DNA of 64,000 bases, from NCBI GenBank assembly GCA_045560455.1, contig JBJKZJ010000007.1, forward strand, positions 43,843 to 107,842, read 5' to 3'. A program made the position numbers and the translations under genes. The notes beneath the pieces were generated by a model that saw nothing but the letters and a program-made list of their open reading frames with translations, was not told the DNA's origin and made no database searches. The DNA is from Luminiphilus sp. (GTDB lineage Bacteria > Pseudomonadota > Gammaproteobacteria > Pseudomonadales > Halieaceae). Shown in pieces: positions 17,763-29,072 of this stretch (position 1 is its first letter; each line of letters begins with the position of its first letter).

Positions 17763-18389
17763 ATGGCGTCGCACCCTGCGATTCGTCCAGCCGCTTTTAT
17801 TCGTTACAAGTTTCTGAACTCCCTGTTCCTCGGGCTCTCAGTGGGGGCGGTTTTTGTGCTGTATACGCCGCTCTCGCCCGCCGTGTTTTCCGCGGGCGGA
17901 CTTGGACTGGCCGTCGGGACGCTGATCGTGGCCACACAGTACCGACGCATTCTGGCTACCGCCTGGTTTTTTCGCCTGTCACTCCTCGTTGAATTGATCA
18001 CGCTGAGTGGCGTGGCTGCGGTACTGATCCTGCCGATCGAGGTTCCTCTCGCGCTTTTCGTCTATATCGGCTACCAAATCACCTTCTCTCTGGGGAATTA
18101 CCTGGTGCGCTGCGAGACGTTATTGATGGTTGCCGTCGATCAGCTGCGGCGGCTGGACGTTGCCAAACAGGCAGGCTATCTACTGGGTATGGCAGTGGCA
18201 TGGGGGCTCTATACGGGCCTAGAACGCTTGGCCGGCCTCACCAGTGAAGCGGCACAGGTGGTCTCGCTGCACTGGCTGTTACTTGGGGTCGAGGTCAGTG
18301 TCCTCATCGCGCTGTGGCAAGCCTTCAACAAAGATCAGCTCAGTGACGAACCGCTGACTGTAGGGGCGTCACCCGCGTCAGAACCTTAA
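17763..18389 (+). CDS. Uncharacterised polytopic membrane protein
   Basis: 208 aa, about six hydrophobic segments, starts 2 nt after cobO. Confidence 0.75.
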   Translation: MASHPAIRPAAFIRYKFLNSLFLGLSVGAVFVLYTPLSPAVFSAGGLGLAVGTLIVATQYRRILATAWFFRLSLLVELITLSGVAAVLILPIEVPLALFVYIGYQITFSLGNYLVRCETLLMVAVDQLRRLDVAKQAGYLLGMAVAWGLYTGLERLAGLTSEAAQVVSLHWLLLGVEVSVLIALWQAFNKDQLSDEPLTVGASPASEP

Positions 18390-19174
18390 TCGAGTAGATC
18401 CGGCTGCTCGGCCATGATTACATCAAAGAGAGGTTGGGCGCTGAACCAGCCCGCCAGCGTGCTGCCCACCTGCCCCGCGGTATGAAGCGCCATGTCATGG
18501 GGAATGGGCTGCGGGGTGCCTGCCGCTTCGGCCATCAACTGGGCCTGGCAACTCCGCTCGAAGGTCACATACCACCACAGCGCCTCATCGACGGACTCAC
18601 CCACCGTGAGGTGACCATGGTTTTTGAGCACGATTGCCTTCTTGTCCCCGAGCGCTTCCGCCAGTCGCTCCCCCTCGCTCATAGAGACAACGACACCGGT
18701 GTAATCATCCAATAACGCCAGATCGTCATAAAAAGCGCAGGCGTCTTGAGTCAGCGGGTCGATAAGCCTCCCAAGAGAGGACCAGGTCTTGCCGTAGATC
18801 GAGTGCGCGTGCGCGGCAGCGGTGACTTCCGAGCGAGCCTGATGAATGTGACTGTGAATGGTGAAGGCCGCGCCATTCAGCAGACCATCGCCTTCTACGA
18901 TCTCGCCGTCGTGGTTGACCCTGATGAGGTCTGAAACACGCATCAGTTTGAATGATCGTCCCATCGGGTTCACCCAAAAGGTGTCGGTCTCAATTGGATC
19001 GCGGACCGTAATGTGGCCTGCAACGCCCTCGTCAAAACCGAATTTGCCGAAAATACGTAGCGCGGCGGCGAGACGTTGCTTGCGCTGAAGCTGCTCCGCC
19101 GCGGGGTCCAGCGCCCCTCCGGACATGGCCGCCAGATCAGCATTCATTACCAGTTGGTTTACCTGCTCATTCAT
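18386..19174 (-). CDS. Class II aldolase/adducin family protein
   Basis: GVAGHITVRDP, AAFTIHSHIH, AHAHS, LKNHG. Confidence 0.9.
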   Translation of the reverse strand: MNEQVNQLVMNADLAAMSGGALDPAAEQLQRKQRLAAALRIFGKFGFDEGVAGHITVRDPIETDTFWVNPMGRSFKLMRVSDLIRVNHDGEIVEGDGLLNGAAFTIHSHIHQARSEVTAAAHAHSIYGKTWSSLGRLIDPLTQDACAFYDDLALLDDYTGVVVSMSEGERLAEALGDKKAIVLKNHGHLTVGESVDEALWWYVTFERSCQAQLMAEAAGTPQPIPHDMALHTAGQVGSTLAGWFSAQPLFDVIMAEQPDLLD

Positions 19175-19728
19175 CCCTGCTCGCTCCTGTTCTCTCCCCA
19201 GTATCGTGCCGCCTCGCGGGCCAATTCCCCCGCCTCTGGCACCTCCTCCCCCTCTGATCTCAGAAAATCCAGATACGCGGTCAGAACCTGCCCGGGTTGT
19301 GCCGAAACCTCCTCCGGGCGCAAAGGCTGGCTACACTCGGCACAGGTCAGTACCGGTCGCGTGTGGTGACCACACAAACTATGGCGATAGTGCGTCGGCG
19401 GACCATTACCGTCATCCATCCAGTCGTCCCCCCACTGACTGAGGGTCATGAGCACCGGGTAAAGAGCGAGCCCTTTGCGTGTCAGCCGATACTCGTAGCG
19501 CGTGGGGCGATCCATATAGGCGACCCGGGTCAGCACGCCTTCATCGACCAACTTGCGCAAGCGCTCAGCCAGCCGGTGCCGGGTCACGCCCAGGCTACGC
19601 TGAAATTCATCAAACCGACGGGTGCCGCGAAAAGCATCCCGGACAATCAGAAGCGTCCATCGCTCGCCCAATGCTGACAACGCACGGGCAACCGAGCAAG
19701 CCTGCTTGTCGATTTCGTCCCACTTCAT
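19171..19728 (-). CDS. HxlR-family winged-helix regulator
   Basis: CSVARALSALGERWTLLIVRD, RYEYRLTRKG, QWGD; start set at MKWDEID; overlaps the aldolase start. Confidence 0.88.
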   Translation of the reverse strand: MKWDEIDKQACSVARALSALGERWTLLIVRDAFRGTRRFDEFQRSLGVTRHRLAERLRKLVDEGVLTRVAYMDRPTRYEYRLTRKGLALYPVLMTLSQWGDDWMDDGNGPPTHYRHSLCGHHTRPVLTCAECSQPLRPEEVSAQPGQVLTAYLDFLRSEGEEVPEAGELAREAARYWGENRSEQG

Positions 19729-19809
19729 AGCGCGAGAGTGCGCTGAGGCGTGCCCAAACGCAAGCGCGGGCACCGAAGCGCCCGCGCAGTATCACCCCAC
19801 CGACTCACA

Positions 19810-21405
19810 TCAGCCGAACTGATTCATGGTGTTATCTTCTCCCGCGGCTTTCAGCGCAGCATCCCCCGAGAAGTACTCTTTATGGTCGTCGCCCATGTCG
19901 GAGCCCGCCATGTTCTGGTGCTTGACGCAGGCAATACCCTGCCGGATTTCCTTGCGCTGCACGCCAGCCACGTAACCGAGCATACCCGCCTCGCCGAAAT
20001 ACTCCTTGGCCAGATTATCGGTGGAGAGCGCAGCCGTGTGGTAGGTCGGCAAGGTGATCAGGTGATGGAAGATACCCGCCTCCCGCGACGCGTCGCGCTG
20101 GAAGGACTGGATGCGGGCATCCGCCTCGAGCGCCAGATCTGTCTCATCGTAACTGGCGTCCATCAGTGCGTCACGATCATATGCCGATACATCCTGACCC
20201 GCCTCGGACCAGGCATCAAAAATCTGCTGCCGGAAGCTGAGCGTCCAGTTGAAGGACGGGCTGTTGTTGTACACCAGCTTGGCGTCCGGCACGGCCTCTC
20301 GAATGCGGTTTACCATGGCAGCAATCTGCCCGACGTGGGGCTTCTCGGTTTCGATCCACAGGAGGTCGGCACCGTTTTGCAAGGAAGTAATGCAGTCCAA
20401 GACTACCCGGTCCTCGCCAGATCCCTTGCGGAACTGAAAGAGGCCAGAGGCCAACCGCGCAGGCTTCAGTAACTTGCCATTGGCCTTGACCACGACATCG
20501 CCATTGGCGATGTCATCGGCACTTTCAATGTAGTCGCCATCGAGGAATCCGTTATAGAGGTCACCTAGGTCACCCGGCTCCTGTGTGACCGCGATCTGTT
20601 TGGTGAGACCTGCGCCAAGCGAGTCAGTTCGCGCTACGATGATGCCGTCTTCAACACCCAGTTCCAGAAACGCATAGCGGATCGCGCGAATCTTGGCGAT
20701 GAAATCGGCGTGTGGGACCGTGACCTTGCCGTCCTGGTGTCCGCACTGCTTCTCGTCTGACACCTGATTTTCAATCTGAATGGCGCAGGCGCCCGCCTCG
20801 ATCATGCGACGAGCGAGTAAGTAGGTGGCCTCTTCGTTGCCGAATCCGGCGTCGATGTCCGCGATGATCGGCACGACATGGGTCTGAAACTGATCGATCT
20901 GATTGGTGATGCTCTGAACCTCGACTTCGTTGCCGGCCTCCCGCGCCTTGTCTAGGGCGCGGAACAGGCCGCCGAGTTCGCGGGCATCGGCCTGACGCAG
21001 GAAGGTGTAGAGCTCTTCGATCAGCGACGGCACCGACGTCTTCTCATGCATCGACTGGTCGGGGAGCGGTCCAAGCTCGGACCGCAGTGCGGCAATCATC
21101 CAACCCGAAAGATACAGATAACGCCTGTCGGTATTGCCGAAGTGCTTCTTGATGGAAATGAGCTTTTGCTGACCGATGAAGCCATGCCAACAGCCAAGAG
21201 ACTGGGTGTACTGGCCGGGATCCCGGTCGTAATCCGCCATGTCCTCGCGCATGATTGCAGCGGTGTAACGGGCAATATCCAAGCCAGTTTTAAACCGGTT
21301 CTGCAGGCGCATGCGCGCTGCGTATTCCGGACTGATGTCGGACCAGTTGCCGGATTGCCCGCAACTGGCTTCCATGGCCTTGATGGCCTCTGCATATGTG
21401 GACAT
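19810..21405 (-). CDS. aceA: Isocitrate lyase
   Basis: DIDAGFG, EKQCGHQDGKV, ARTDS, WIETEKP, YNNSPSFNW; GGGAG RBS before MSTYAEA. Confidence 0.95.
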   Translation of the reverse strand: MSTYAEAIKAMEASCGQSGNWSDISPEYAARMRLQNRFKTGLDIARYTAAIMREDMADYDRDPGQYTQSLGCWHGFIGQQKLISIKKHFGNTDRRYLYLSGWMIAALRSELGPLPDQSMHEKTSVPSLIEELYTFLRQADARELGGLFRALDKAREAGNEVEVQSITNQIDQFQTHVVPIIADIDAGFGNEEATYLLARRMIEAGACAIQIENQVSDEKQCGHQDGKVTVPHADFIAKIRAIRYAFLELGVEDGIIVARTDSLGAGLTKQIAVTQEPGDLGDLYNGFLDGDYIESADDIANGDVVVKANGKLLKPARLASGLFQFRKGSGEDRVVLDCITSLQNGADLLWIETEKPHVGQIAAMVNRIREAVPDAKLVYNNSPSFNWTLSFRQQIFDAWSEAGQDVSAYDRDALMDASYDETDLALEADARIQSFQRDASREAGIFHHLITLPTYHTAALSTDNLAKEYFGEAGMLGYVAGVQRKEIRQGIACVKHQNMAGSDMGDDHKEYFSGDAALKAAGEDNTMNQFG

Positions 21406-21633
21406 GGTTTGTCTCCCGCGGTTGCTCACCACTGACCCAGTGGTTTTCAGAGCCGGCAGTCTAGGCGTCGCCCTGATATTTTCAAACAAAATACATCCCA
21501 TATCTGTCATTCATACAGAAAATGTGAAATCTTGCCGCGCCGGGCCTCTCTTTAAGTCTTGCCGTTTTCCCCCTAGACTCCGCCCCTTGCCGGCGCGTGA
21601 GCGTCCCGAGTTTGCCTGTCAGGAGAGGACAGC

Positions 21634-22116
21634 ATGAGTCACCCACTGGTCAGCATCATCATGGGATCCCAATCCGATTGGGCCACCATGCAGGCTGCAA
21701 CGACCGTTCTCACCGAACTGAATGTTGCCCACGAGTCCCGGGTTGTCTCAGCGCACCGCACACCCGGCCGCTTGGTCGAATTTGCAGAGGGCGCGGCGGA
21801 TCGCGGTATCAAGGTGATTATTGCCGGTGCGGGGGGCGCAGCGCATCTGGCCGGTATGGCGGCTTCCATGACGCATCTGCCCGTCATCGCCGTGCCCGTT
21901 TCCAGTCAACAGTTAAATGGTTTGGACAGTTTGCTCTCCATGGTACAGATGCCAAGGGGTGTGGCGGTTGCCTGTCAGGCGATTGGTGAAGCCGGCGCCT
22001 ACAATGCGGGTCTGATGGCTGCCCAGATATTGGCGACTTCAGACCCCGATTTATCGACCGCGGTGCAACACTGGCAGGCGCAACAGACCGCTAACGTCCC
22101 CCACGCCGTCGACTGA
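21634..22116 (+). CDS. purE: N5-CAIR mutase
   Basis: [29 protein letters not shown]. Confidence 0.95.
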   Translation: MSHPLVSIIMGSQSDWATMQAATTVLTELNVAHESRVVSAHRTPGRLVEFAEGAADRGIKVIIAGAGGAAHLAGMAASMTHLPVIAVPVSSQQLNGLDSLLSMVQMPRGVAVACQAIGEAGAYNAGLMAAQILATSDPDLSTAVQHWQAQQTANVPHAVD

Positions 22117-23231
22117 TGCGGATCGCGATCGCGGGCTGCGGCCAATTGGCCAGAATGCTGGCCCTCGCGGGTTGGGAGATGGGACACCACTTCTCCTTCA
22201 TCGCGGACCCGGGAGAAGGCACAGACTGCGTGGCCGGATTGGGTGAAGTGGTGGTTTGTGACGAGAAAACCCCCTTCGCTACGCTCTTCGGGGCATTGGG
22301 TTCACCCGACGTGGTCACAGTTGAAAAGGAACACGTGAATGTGACCCTACTCGAAGGGCTGGCTGAGTACTGTCGGGTTGCACCGAGCCCGGACGCGATC
22401 CGGGTTTGCCAGCACCGCGGTAGAGAGAAGACCCTGCTCCAGTCGCTGGGCATCGACACTGCACCCTTCCGGGTGGTGGAGGACGCATCATCACTGATTG
22501 CCGCGGTGGAGTCGGTGGGCTACCCGGCCTTTATCAAATCCTGTGAGCTGGGCTACGACGGCCAAAACCAATGGCTACTGCGCGACGCCGCAGCGCTGGA
22601 TGCCCTTGCTGATCAGATGGACGCCCTGCCTCCCCTGGTGGTCGAGGGGGCCGTTCACTTCGATCGTGAAATGTCGCTGATTGCGGCCCGTTCGCTGAGC
22701 GGCGAGATTGCGCTATATCCGCTAGCTGAAAATCGACATCGAGAGGGGATCCTGCTGACTTCTGAGGTGCCCGCCGACAACGTGCAGGCGGCAGCGATCT
22801 CGCAAGCCACCGAGATCGCTCATACTCTGCTGGAGCATTGGTCCTACGTGGGTGTGCTCTCCATCGAATTGTTTGATGAGGGCGGAAAGCTGCGCGTCAA
22901 CGAGCTCGCTCCCCGGGTACACAACAGCGGTCACTGGTCTCAGAACGCGGGCGTGACATCGCAGTTCACCAACCACATCCGCGCTATCACCGACACCCGT
23001 CCCGGCGCCACCGACCCGCGCCAGTTCGCAGGCATGGTCAATCTGCTCGGGCGAGCACCCGCTGATGAACTGCTCGAGGCGGCGGACGTGAGTCTGCACT
23101 GGTACAACAAATCCATTCGCAGTCGCCGCAAGGTCGGCCATCTGAATATCCAGTCCGCAGATCGTCAGCAGCTACAAAAACGATTGGTCGAGCTGGAATC
23201 TGCACTCTATCCCGACGGGGAGCCGCTCTAA
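22116..23231 (+). CDS. purK: N5-CAIR synthase (ATP-grasp)
   Basis: GQLARM, GYDG, NELAPRVHNSGH, RKVGH; coupled to purE. Confidence 0.93.
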   Translation: MRIAIAGCGQLARMLALAGWEMGHHFSFIADPGEGTDCVAGLGEVVVCDEKTPFATLFGALGSPDVVTVEKEHVNVTLLEGLAEYCRVAPSPDAIRVCQHRGREKTLLQSLGIDTAPFRVVEDASSLIAAVESVGYPAFIKSCELGYDGQNQWLLRDAAALDALADQMDALPPLVVEGAVHFDREMSLIAARSLSGEIALYPLAENRHREGILLTSEVPADNVQAAAISQATEIAHTLLEHWSYVGVLSIELFDEGGKLRVNELAPRVHNSGHWSQNAGVTSQFTNHIRAITDTRPGATDPRQFAGMVNLLGRAPADELLEAADVSLHWYNKSIRSRRKVGHLNIQSADRQQLQKRLVELESALYPDGEPL

Positions 23232-23315
23232 AGAGCGCTGACCAATCAGCTCACGCGGCTATCAGACCGGTGTCGGTTGCTGATGGTCGGATCTGACAGC
23301 GAGACGCTGGCGGGA

Positions 23316-24743
23316 TTAGGTGTCGCGCTTTTTCTCACGCGCCTTCTTTTCTGACTTCTTAATGTGGCTCATCATGCGCCGCCGGCGCTGCACCTGTCGC
23401 TGGGTTAATTTATTGCGTTTCCCCGCATAGGGATTGTCACCAGAGCGAAGCTCAATACGGATAGGTGTACCGTGCAGGGCCAGCTCTCGGCGAAAGATCT
23501 TCTCCAAGTAGCGCTGGTAACTCGCCGGGAGCGCCTCGGTCTGGGTACCGTGCACCACGACCACCGGCGGATTCTGCCCGCCCGCGTGGGCATAACGAAG
23601 TTTGACCCGGCGGCCGTTCACCATAGGTGGTGGGTGGGTCGCCACCGCGTCTTCCAGAATGCGTGTGAGTCGGGGCGTACTCAAGGCTCGCGTCGCGGCC
23701 TCGTGAGCCGCGTGAATCGAGCCGTAAAGCTTGCCCACGCCCGACCCGTGCAAGGCTGAGATAAAGTGAATATCCGCGTAGTCAATAAATTGCAGTCGCC
23801 GTCGCAATTCTGAGCGGATCCAGTCCCGCTCGTCAGCTTCGATCCCATCCCACTTGTTCAGCGCAATAACCAGTGCGCGGCCAGCGTCAATGCATTGCCC
23901 CAATAAGTGCAGGTCCTGCTCCACAATCCCTTCATGGGCGTCCAGCGTCAGGATCACCACCTGTGCGTCGGCGATCGCCTTGAGAGTTTTGACAATCGAG
24001 AATTTCTCTACCGCCTCGCGGACGTTTTTGCGTTTGCGCACACCGGCGGTATCGATCAGCGTGAAGCGTTGGCCCCGGCGCTCGTAGTCAATGTAGACGC
24101 TATCGCGGGTCGTGCCCGGTTGGTCGAAGACCACCACCCGCTCTTCCCCGAGCAGGCGATTCACCAGCGTCGACTTACCCACGTTTGGGCGCCCGACGAT
24201 CGCTACACGAATACCACCGCTGGCTGCGTCCGCCTCCTCGGGTGACGTGCTGTCGATCCACGGCGAGAGAACCGAGCTGATTAGCTTTCTTACACCACGA
24301 TTGTGCGAAGCCGCAATGGGATGGATCAGGTCTACGCCCAATTGATAGAAATCGCTGGCGGCGATGTCCTCTCCCACTCCGTCAATCTTGTTGACCACCA
24401 GATGGAAGGGCTTACCCGTTGTCCTGAGGTTAGTAACCAGAGATTCATCACCCGGTTGCAAGCCTGCGCGACCATCAACAAGTAAAAGCACAACGTCCGC
24501 TTCGGCAATGGCAGCCATTGACTGGCTCGCCATGGCCGCATCGATACCCGCTTCCTCGCCAGTGATGCCACCGGTATCGATGACAATGAACCCGGTATCC
24601 TCGATGCGCCCCTGTCCGTACTGCCGGTCCCGCGTGAGCCCGGAAAGGTCGGCAACCAACGCATCCCGGCTTCGGGTTAGCTGGTTAAAGAGGGTGGATT
24701 TGCCAACGTTAGGGCGGCCCACCAGAGCGAGCACAGGGAGCAT
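23316..24743 (-). CDS. der: Ribosome biogenesis GTPase Der
   Basis: Two [10 protein letters not shown]-loops, DTGG/DTAG, NKID/NKWD. Confidence 0.96.
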   Translation of the reverse strand: MLPVLALVGRPNVGKSTLFNQLTRSRDALVADLSGLTRDRQYGQGRIEDTGFIVIDTGGITGEEAGIDAAMASQSMAAIAEADVVLLLVDGRAGLQPGDESLVTNLRTTGKPFHLVVNKIDGVGEDIAASDFYQLGVDLIHPIAASHNRGVRKLISSVLSPWIDSTSPEEADAASGGIRVAIVGRPNVGKSTLVNRLLGEERVVVFDQPGTTRDSVYIDYERRGQRFTLIDTAGVRKRKNVREAVEKFSIVKTLKAIADAQVVILTLDAHEGIVEQDLHLLGQCIDAGRALVIALNKWDGIEADERDWIRSELRRRLQFIDYADIHFISALHGSGVGKLYGSIHAAHEAATRALSTPRLTRILEDAVATHPPPMVNGRRVKLRYAHAGGQNPPVVVVHGTQTEALPASYQRYLEKIFRRELALHGTPIRIELRSGDNPYAGKRNKLTQRQVQRRRRMMSHIKKSEKKAREKKRDT

Positions 24744-24747
24744 GGCT

Positions 24748-25923
24748 TCAGTTTCGCGTTTCGACGTCGTAGGCTTTCAGCGTACCGTCGTTGGTGTAAA
24801 CGAACAGACGGTTACCCCGCACAAGCATATCTGCGCGGGCACCGCTAGAGTCGACTTTGGCTCTCCCGACAATGTCTCCATCCACTTGGGACAGCAGATG
24901 GAGATACCCCTCGAAGTCTACGACCGCGACGTAGCTGCTGACCGGGGTGGGCCGGGACAAGTTTCTGAAGCCCAGATCGATGTTCTGCCAGCGGACGCCC
25001 TGACCATTTCGCAGGAAAGCGCTGACGGTGCCGTCGTCATCGGCAACGTAGACATTGCCAAACCCCACACCCACACCTGATACCGACGAGACATTGCGCT
25101 GCCAAATCCGGCGCCCTGAGCGAATATCGATAGCAACGAGCCGGCCCTGATAGCTCGCGGCGTACAGCTCGGTGCCCTGAAGTGCCATGGTGCCATCGAC
25201 ATCGACGATCCGCTCGATCTCGGAGCGGCCCTGCGGGATGGCAACGCGCGCCTCCCAGGCAACGTTACCGGAACGCAAGTTCACCGCCACAACCTTACCG
25301 TCCGCGAACCCCGCAATAGCATTATCGCCAAGAATCATGGGCGTACCGGTTCCGCGTAGCGTCAACACGGGCACATCGCTGGTATAGGTCCAGCGCACTT
25401 CACCGGTCTCGTAGTCAAAACCCATCAACTTGCCGTCATAGGTTTGGGCCACCGTGTATTGACCATTGGCCTGTGGCGCCGAGAGCACCTCGCCCGAGAC
25501 GACGGTTCGCCAGATCTCTTCACCGCTGTTGGCATCGAGCCGCATCACCAACCCTTCTGACGCGCCCACAAATATCGAGTCCCCGTGATGACCCACACCT
25601 CCCGAGAGCGCCATTTCTAGATCCCGCTTCCAGCGGACGCGACCACTCTCGGGCTCCACAGCCACCACTCGGCCCTCGGCAGAGGCAACGTAGATGCTGT
25701 CTTTCACCAACACCGGATTGATTCTATAAAGACCCTCACCCTGTCCATCGCCAACACCTCGCGACCAGCGGCTTTTCAGTTTCGCCTGCTCCGTGATCTT
25801 CTGCAGCTCTACTGGCTCCCGGGGGTCAAATTCGTCATCACTGAACCAGCCTTTGATCGTGCTGCAACCGGTCACCAGTGCGAGACTCAGCACCCAAATA
25901 AAACGGCAGGGTCGGAACATCAA
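24748..25923 (-). CDS. bamB: Outer-membrane assembly lipoprotein BamB
   Basis: Lipobox VTGC, PQQ-like repeats, [12 protein letters not shown]; lies between yfgM and der. Confidence 0.92.
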   Translation of the reverse strand: MMFRPCRFIWVLSLALVTGCSTIKGWFSDDEFDPREPVELQKITEQAKLKSRWSRGVGDGQGEGLYRINPVLVKDSIYVASAEGRVVAVEPESGRVRWKRDLEMALSGGVGHHGDSIFVGASEGLVMRLDANSGEEIWRTVVSGEVLSAPQANGQYTVAQTYDGKLMGFDYETGEVRWTYTSDVPVLTLRGTGTPMILGDNAIAGFADGKVVAVNLRSGNVAWEARVAIPQGRSEIERIVDVDGTMALQGTELYAASYQGRLVAIDIRSGRRIWQRNVSSVSGVGVGFGNVYVADDDGTVSAFLRNGQGVRWQNIDLGFRNLSRPTPVSSYVAVVDFEGYLHLLSQVDGDIVGRAKVDSSGARADMLVRGNRLFVYTNDGTLKAYDVETRN

Positions 25924-26597
25924 CTGGCATCCTCGGCAGGTGCATCCTCTGACGAGGAGGGAAGGCGCGTCTCCAGAGTGCGTACCTTATTATCGAGGAC
26001 CACACTGTACTGGCCCAAATCAGATGCCAAATCTCGACCCTGACGATAGGCCGTCAGCGCTGCCTCGGGTCGACCGGCTGCAAGATGGATGTCACCCTCT
26101 GCCTGAGCATAGGCGACTGGATAGGCGCTACTGCCCTTGGCAAGAATGGCTAACGCTTCAGTTTCATTGCCTTGATCGGCCAGCACGCGCGCCAACCGGA
26201 ATTGAATCAGTTGGCCAATATCGGAACCCGTGTCGCCGGCGGTCAAAGCCCAACGAAGCGCCGCTTCTGCGCCCGCCATATCATCGGCATCGACGGCGAT
26301 GCGCGCCTCCAGCATCGCGCCAAATCGCGCGTAAGTGGAACTCGCATGGTCATCTCTCAGCTGCGTAGCCAGCGACGCCAATGCGTCGGGATCACCTTCA
26401 CCGAGATGATTTGCCAACATCGCGGCGTAAAGATCTGAGGCTGCCTCCGTCTGGGAATCTGTGAAACCCTGATACTGCTGCCAGCCGACGGTACCCAAAA
26501 CCGCAACAACCACCGCGGTAATAATGCCCTTGCCGTTTTCATCCCACCAACGTTTGAGGGCTTCAAGCTCGGCCTCATCCTGCATGTGATCCGCCAC
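25920..26597 (-). CDS. yfgM: YfgM-family TPR membrane protein
   Basis: LKRWWDENG plus TM, RLARVL; synteny. Confidence 0.88.
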   Translation of the reverse strand: MADHMQDEAELEALKRWWDENGKGIITAVVVAVLGTVGWQQYQGFTDSQTEAASDLYAAMLANHLGEGDPDALASLATQLRDDHASSTYARFGAMLEARIAVDADDMAGAEAALRWALTAGDTGSDIGQLIQFRLARVLADQGNETEALAILAKGSSAYPVAYAQAEGDIHLAAGRPEAALTAYRQGRDLASDLGQYSVVLDNKVRTLETRLPSSSEDAPAEDAS

Positions 26598-26612
26598 GTG
26601 CGACTCCTCTAA

Positions 26613-27893
26613 TCAGGCACCTTGTGCCTCAGCGAGATACCCCGCCATAAATGCTTCCAACTCTTCGTCTGCGATGGTGCGCTGTTCGGCGTCAGCCCTG
26701 AGCGGTTTCAGCGTTACCTGTTGCGCAGCCACCTCTGCGTCACCGTAAACCAGTGCCCAAGCGGCTCCGCTTTTATCAGCGCGTTTGAACTGGCTTTTGA
26801 AGCTACCACCACCCAAATGCTGAATGATGTCAAGCTCCGGGTATTGGCGACGCAACGCGTCCAATCTTGGCAGACTGTGTCTGAAAGCAGTCTCACCTGC
26901 TGAGATGACATACAGATCCGCCGGGGTCGAGACTGTAATATCCAGCGCCTGCATGAGCAAGGTCAGTCGTTCCAGACCGACAGCGAAGCCCGCGGCCGGC
27001 GTCGGCTTGCCCCCGAAGGTTTCTACCAGCGTGTCATATCGCCCTCCCCCGCACACCGTACTTTGCGCGCCCAGATGGCCGGTAGTCCACTCAAATACAG
27101 TCTTGTTGTAGTAGTCGAGACCACGCACCAGGCGGGGGTTGATCGCGTAGGGAATATTCAGTGCGTCGAGGTAATCCAGTAGCCGGTCAAAGTCAGCCTG
27201 CGCGTCTGCATCAATGTAGTCTTGCAGAAGCGGTGCCTTATCAAGAACGCTCTGGGTGTCAGAATCTTTGCTGTCCAGAATCCGCAGGGGGTTCGTCTCA
27301 AGGCGTCGCTGGCTGTCCTCATCAAGCTGGCCACGACGCTGCGACAAATAATTCACCAGCGCCTCACGGTAGCGGGCACGGTCGGCAACTGACCCGATCG
27401 TATTGATTTCTAGTTGCAGCGCATCATCAACGCCCAAGCGACACCAGAGTTGGCGGCATAGCGCGATTAGCTCCGCATCCTGATCGGGGGTCGCCACACC
27501 AAAGGCCTCCACACCTAGCTGGTGAAACTGTCTTTGCCGTCCCTTTTGCGGGCGCTCGTAGCGAAACATCGGGCCCATGTACCACAGGCGCTGGGGCGTC
27601 AGCGCCAGATTGTGCTGCGCCACGGCCCTGACACAGCCAGCCGTGCCCTCAGGACGCAGCGTCATGCTCTCGTCGTTGCGATCGGCAAAGGTATACATCT
27701 CCTTTTCGACGATATCGGTGACCTCGCCGATAGAGCGCGCAAAGAGTTCGGTCGACTCAATAATCGGTAGCCGGATTTCCGAATAGCCGTAGCTGGAGAG
27801 CACCTCTAGCGCAGCATCCTCCATTGACTGCCACAGGGGCGTGTTCTCGGGCAGGATATCCACCATCCCGCGTATGGCTCTATACGATGTCAT
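26613..27893 (-). CDS. hisS: Histidine--tRNA ligase
   Basis: LRPEGTA, FRYERPQKGR, LVRGLDYY, GGRYD. Confidence 0.97.
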   Translation of the reverse strand: MTSYRAIRGMVDILPENTPLWQSMEDAALEVLSSYGYSEIRLPIIESTELFARSIGEVTDIVEKEMYTFADRNDESMTLRPEGTAGCVRAVAQHNLALTPQRLWYMGPMFRYERPQKGRQRQFHQLGVEAFGVATPDQDAELIALCRQLWCRLGVDDALQLEINTIGSVADRARYREALVNYLSQRRGQLDEDSQRRLETNPLRILDSKDSDTQSVLDKAPLLQDYIDADAQADFDRLLDYLDALNIPYAINPRLVRGLDYYNKTVFEWTTGHLGAQSTVCGGGRYDTLVETFGGKPTPAAGFAVGLERLTLLMQALDITVSTPADLYVISAGETAFRHSLPRLDALRRQYPELDIIQHLGGGSFKSQFKRADKSGAAWALVYGDAEVAAQQVTLKPLRADAEQRTIADEELEAFMAGYLAEAQGA

Positions 27894-27903
27894 GCGATGG
27901 GTG

Positions 27904-29031
27904 TCAGTGGGTGCTGGAAATGATGTTAGCGTCCCGTTCGGAGCGCGCCACCTCTAGGGCGGCCGCCCGATCTCGAATCACAGATTCGAGATGATCGACA
28001 AAATCCTGATTACTGACTTTGTGATCCGGCTCTCCTGAAATGTAAATGAGATTATTGGGGGTTGCGCCCGTTAACCCGACGTCGGCCTCTCGCGCCTCGC
28101 CCGGCCCGTTGACGATACAACCAATAACGGCGACATCCATTGGGGTGCGGATGTCCTCGAGGCGGTTTTCCAACTCGTTCATGGTACTGATCACGTCAAA
28201 GTTCTGTCGAGAGCAGCTCGGACAAGCGATGAAATTGATGCCATTGGCCCGCAATTTAAGGCTTTTGAGAATTTCAAAGCCCACCTTGATCTCTTCCACT
28301 GGATCCGCAGCGAGGGAAATGCGGATGGTATCGCCGATTCCCTCCATCAGCAGCATGCCCAGCCCCACCGCTGACTTGACCGTGCCACCGCGGGTGCCGC
28401 CGGCCTCGGTGATGCCCAGATGAAGGGGTTGCTCGATTTGCTCTGCCAGCTTGCGATAAGCCTCGACCGCCATGAAGACTTCGGAGGCTTTCACGCTGAC
28501 CTTGAAATCCTGAAAGTCGTGTCGATCTAGAATATCAACGTTACGCAGGGCAGATTCCACTAACGCGTCGGCATTGGGCTCTGGATATTTGCGCAGCAGC
28601 TCCTTGCCCAGTGAGCCCGCATTGACCCCGATGCGGATCGGAATACCGCGATCCTGACAGGCCGAAATCACTTCTTTGACTTTAGCTTCGCGGCCGATAT
28701 TGCCCGGATTAATACGGAGACAGTCAACACCGTACTCGGCGACCTTCAGCGCAATTTTGTGATCAAAATGTATGTCTGCAACCAGCGGCAGTCCGGCGCG
28801 CTGCCGAATCTCACGAAAGGCCTCAGCCGCCTCCATGCTCGGAACCGAGACCCTGACAAGATCCGCCCCTGCGGCGGCAATCGCCTGAATCTGCGCGACG
28901 GTCGCATCGACATCGCAGGTCTCTGTGTTCGTCATACTCTGGACTGCGATTGGCGCATCACCACCAATCGGTACGTTGCCTACGTGGATCTGTCTGCTAA
29001 TGCGGCGCTTAATTGGCGAAGGCTGGTTCAT
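27904..29031 (-). CDS. ispG: HMBPP synthase
   Basis: [39 protein letters not shown]. Confidence 0.96.
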   Translation of the reverse strand: MNQPSPIKRRISRQIHVGNVPIGGDAPIAVQSMTNTETCDVDATVAQIQAIAAAGADLVRVSVPSMEAAEAFREIRQRAGLPLVADIHFDHKIALKVAEYGVDCLRINPGNIGREAKVKEVISACQDRGIPIRIGVNAGSLGKELLRKYPEPNADALVESALRNVDILDRHDFQDFKVSVKASEVFMAVEAYRKLAEQIEQPLHLGITEAGGTRGGTVKSAVGLGMLLMEGIGDTIRISLAADPVEEIKVGFEILKSLKLRANGINFIACPSCSRQNFDVISTMNELENRLEDIRTPMDVAVIGCIVNGPGEAREADVGLTGATPNNLIYISGEPDHKVSNQDFVDHLESVIRDRAAALEVARSERDANIISSTH

Positions 29032-29072
29032 GGCCACTGTCCTCTCGCGCACGGTCGTAAACCGTGCCCTCG

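Noticed and set aside
19750-20472. 240-aa plus-strand ORF
   Set aside because: Antisense shadow of aceA with no recognisable motifs; expected in GC-rich DNA.
24364-25080. 238-aa Ser-rich plus-strand ORF
   Set aside because: Antisense shadow of der and bamB.
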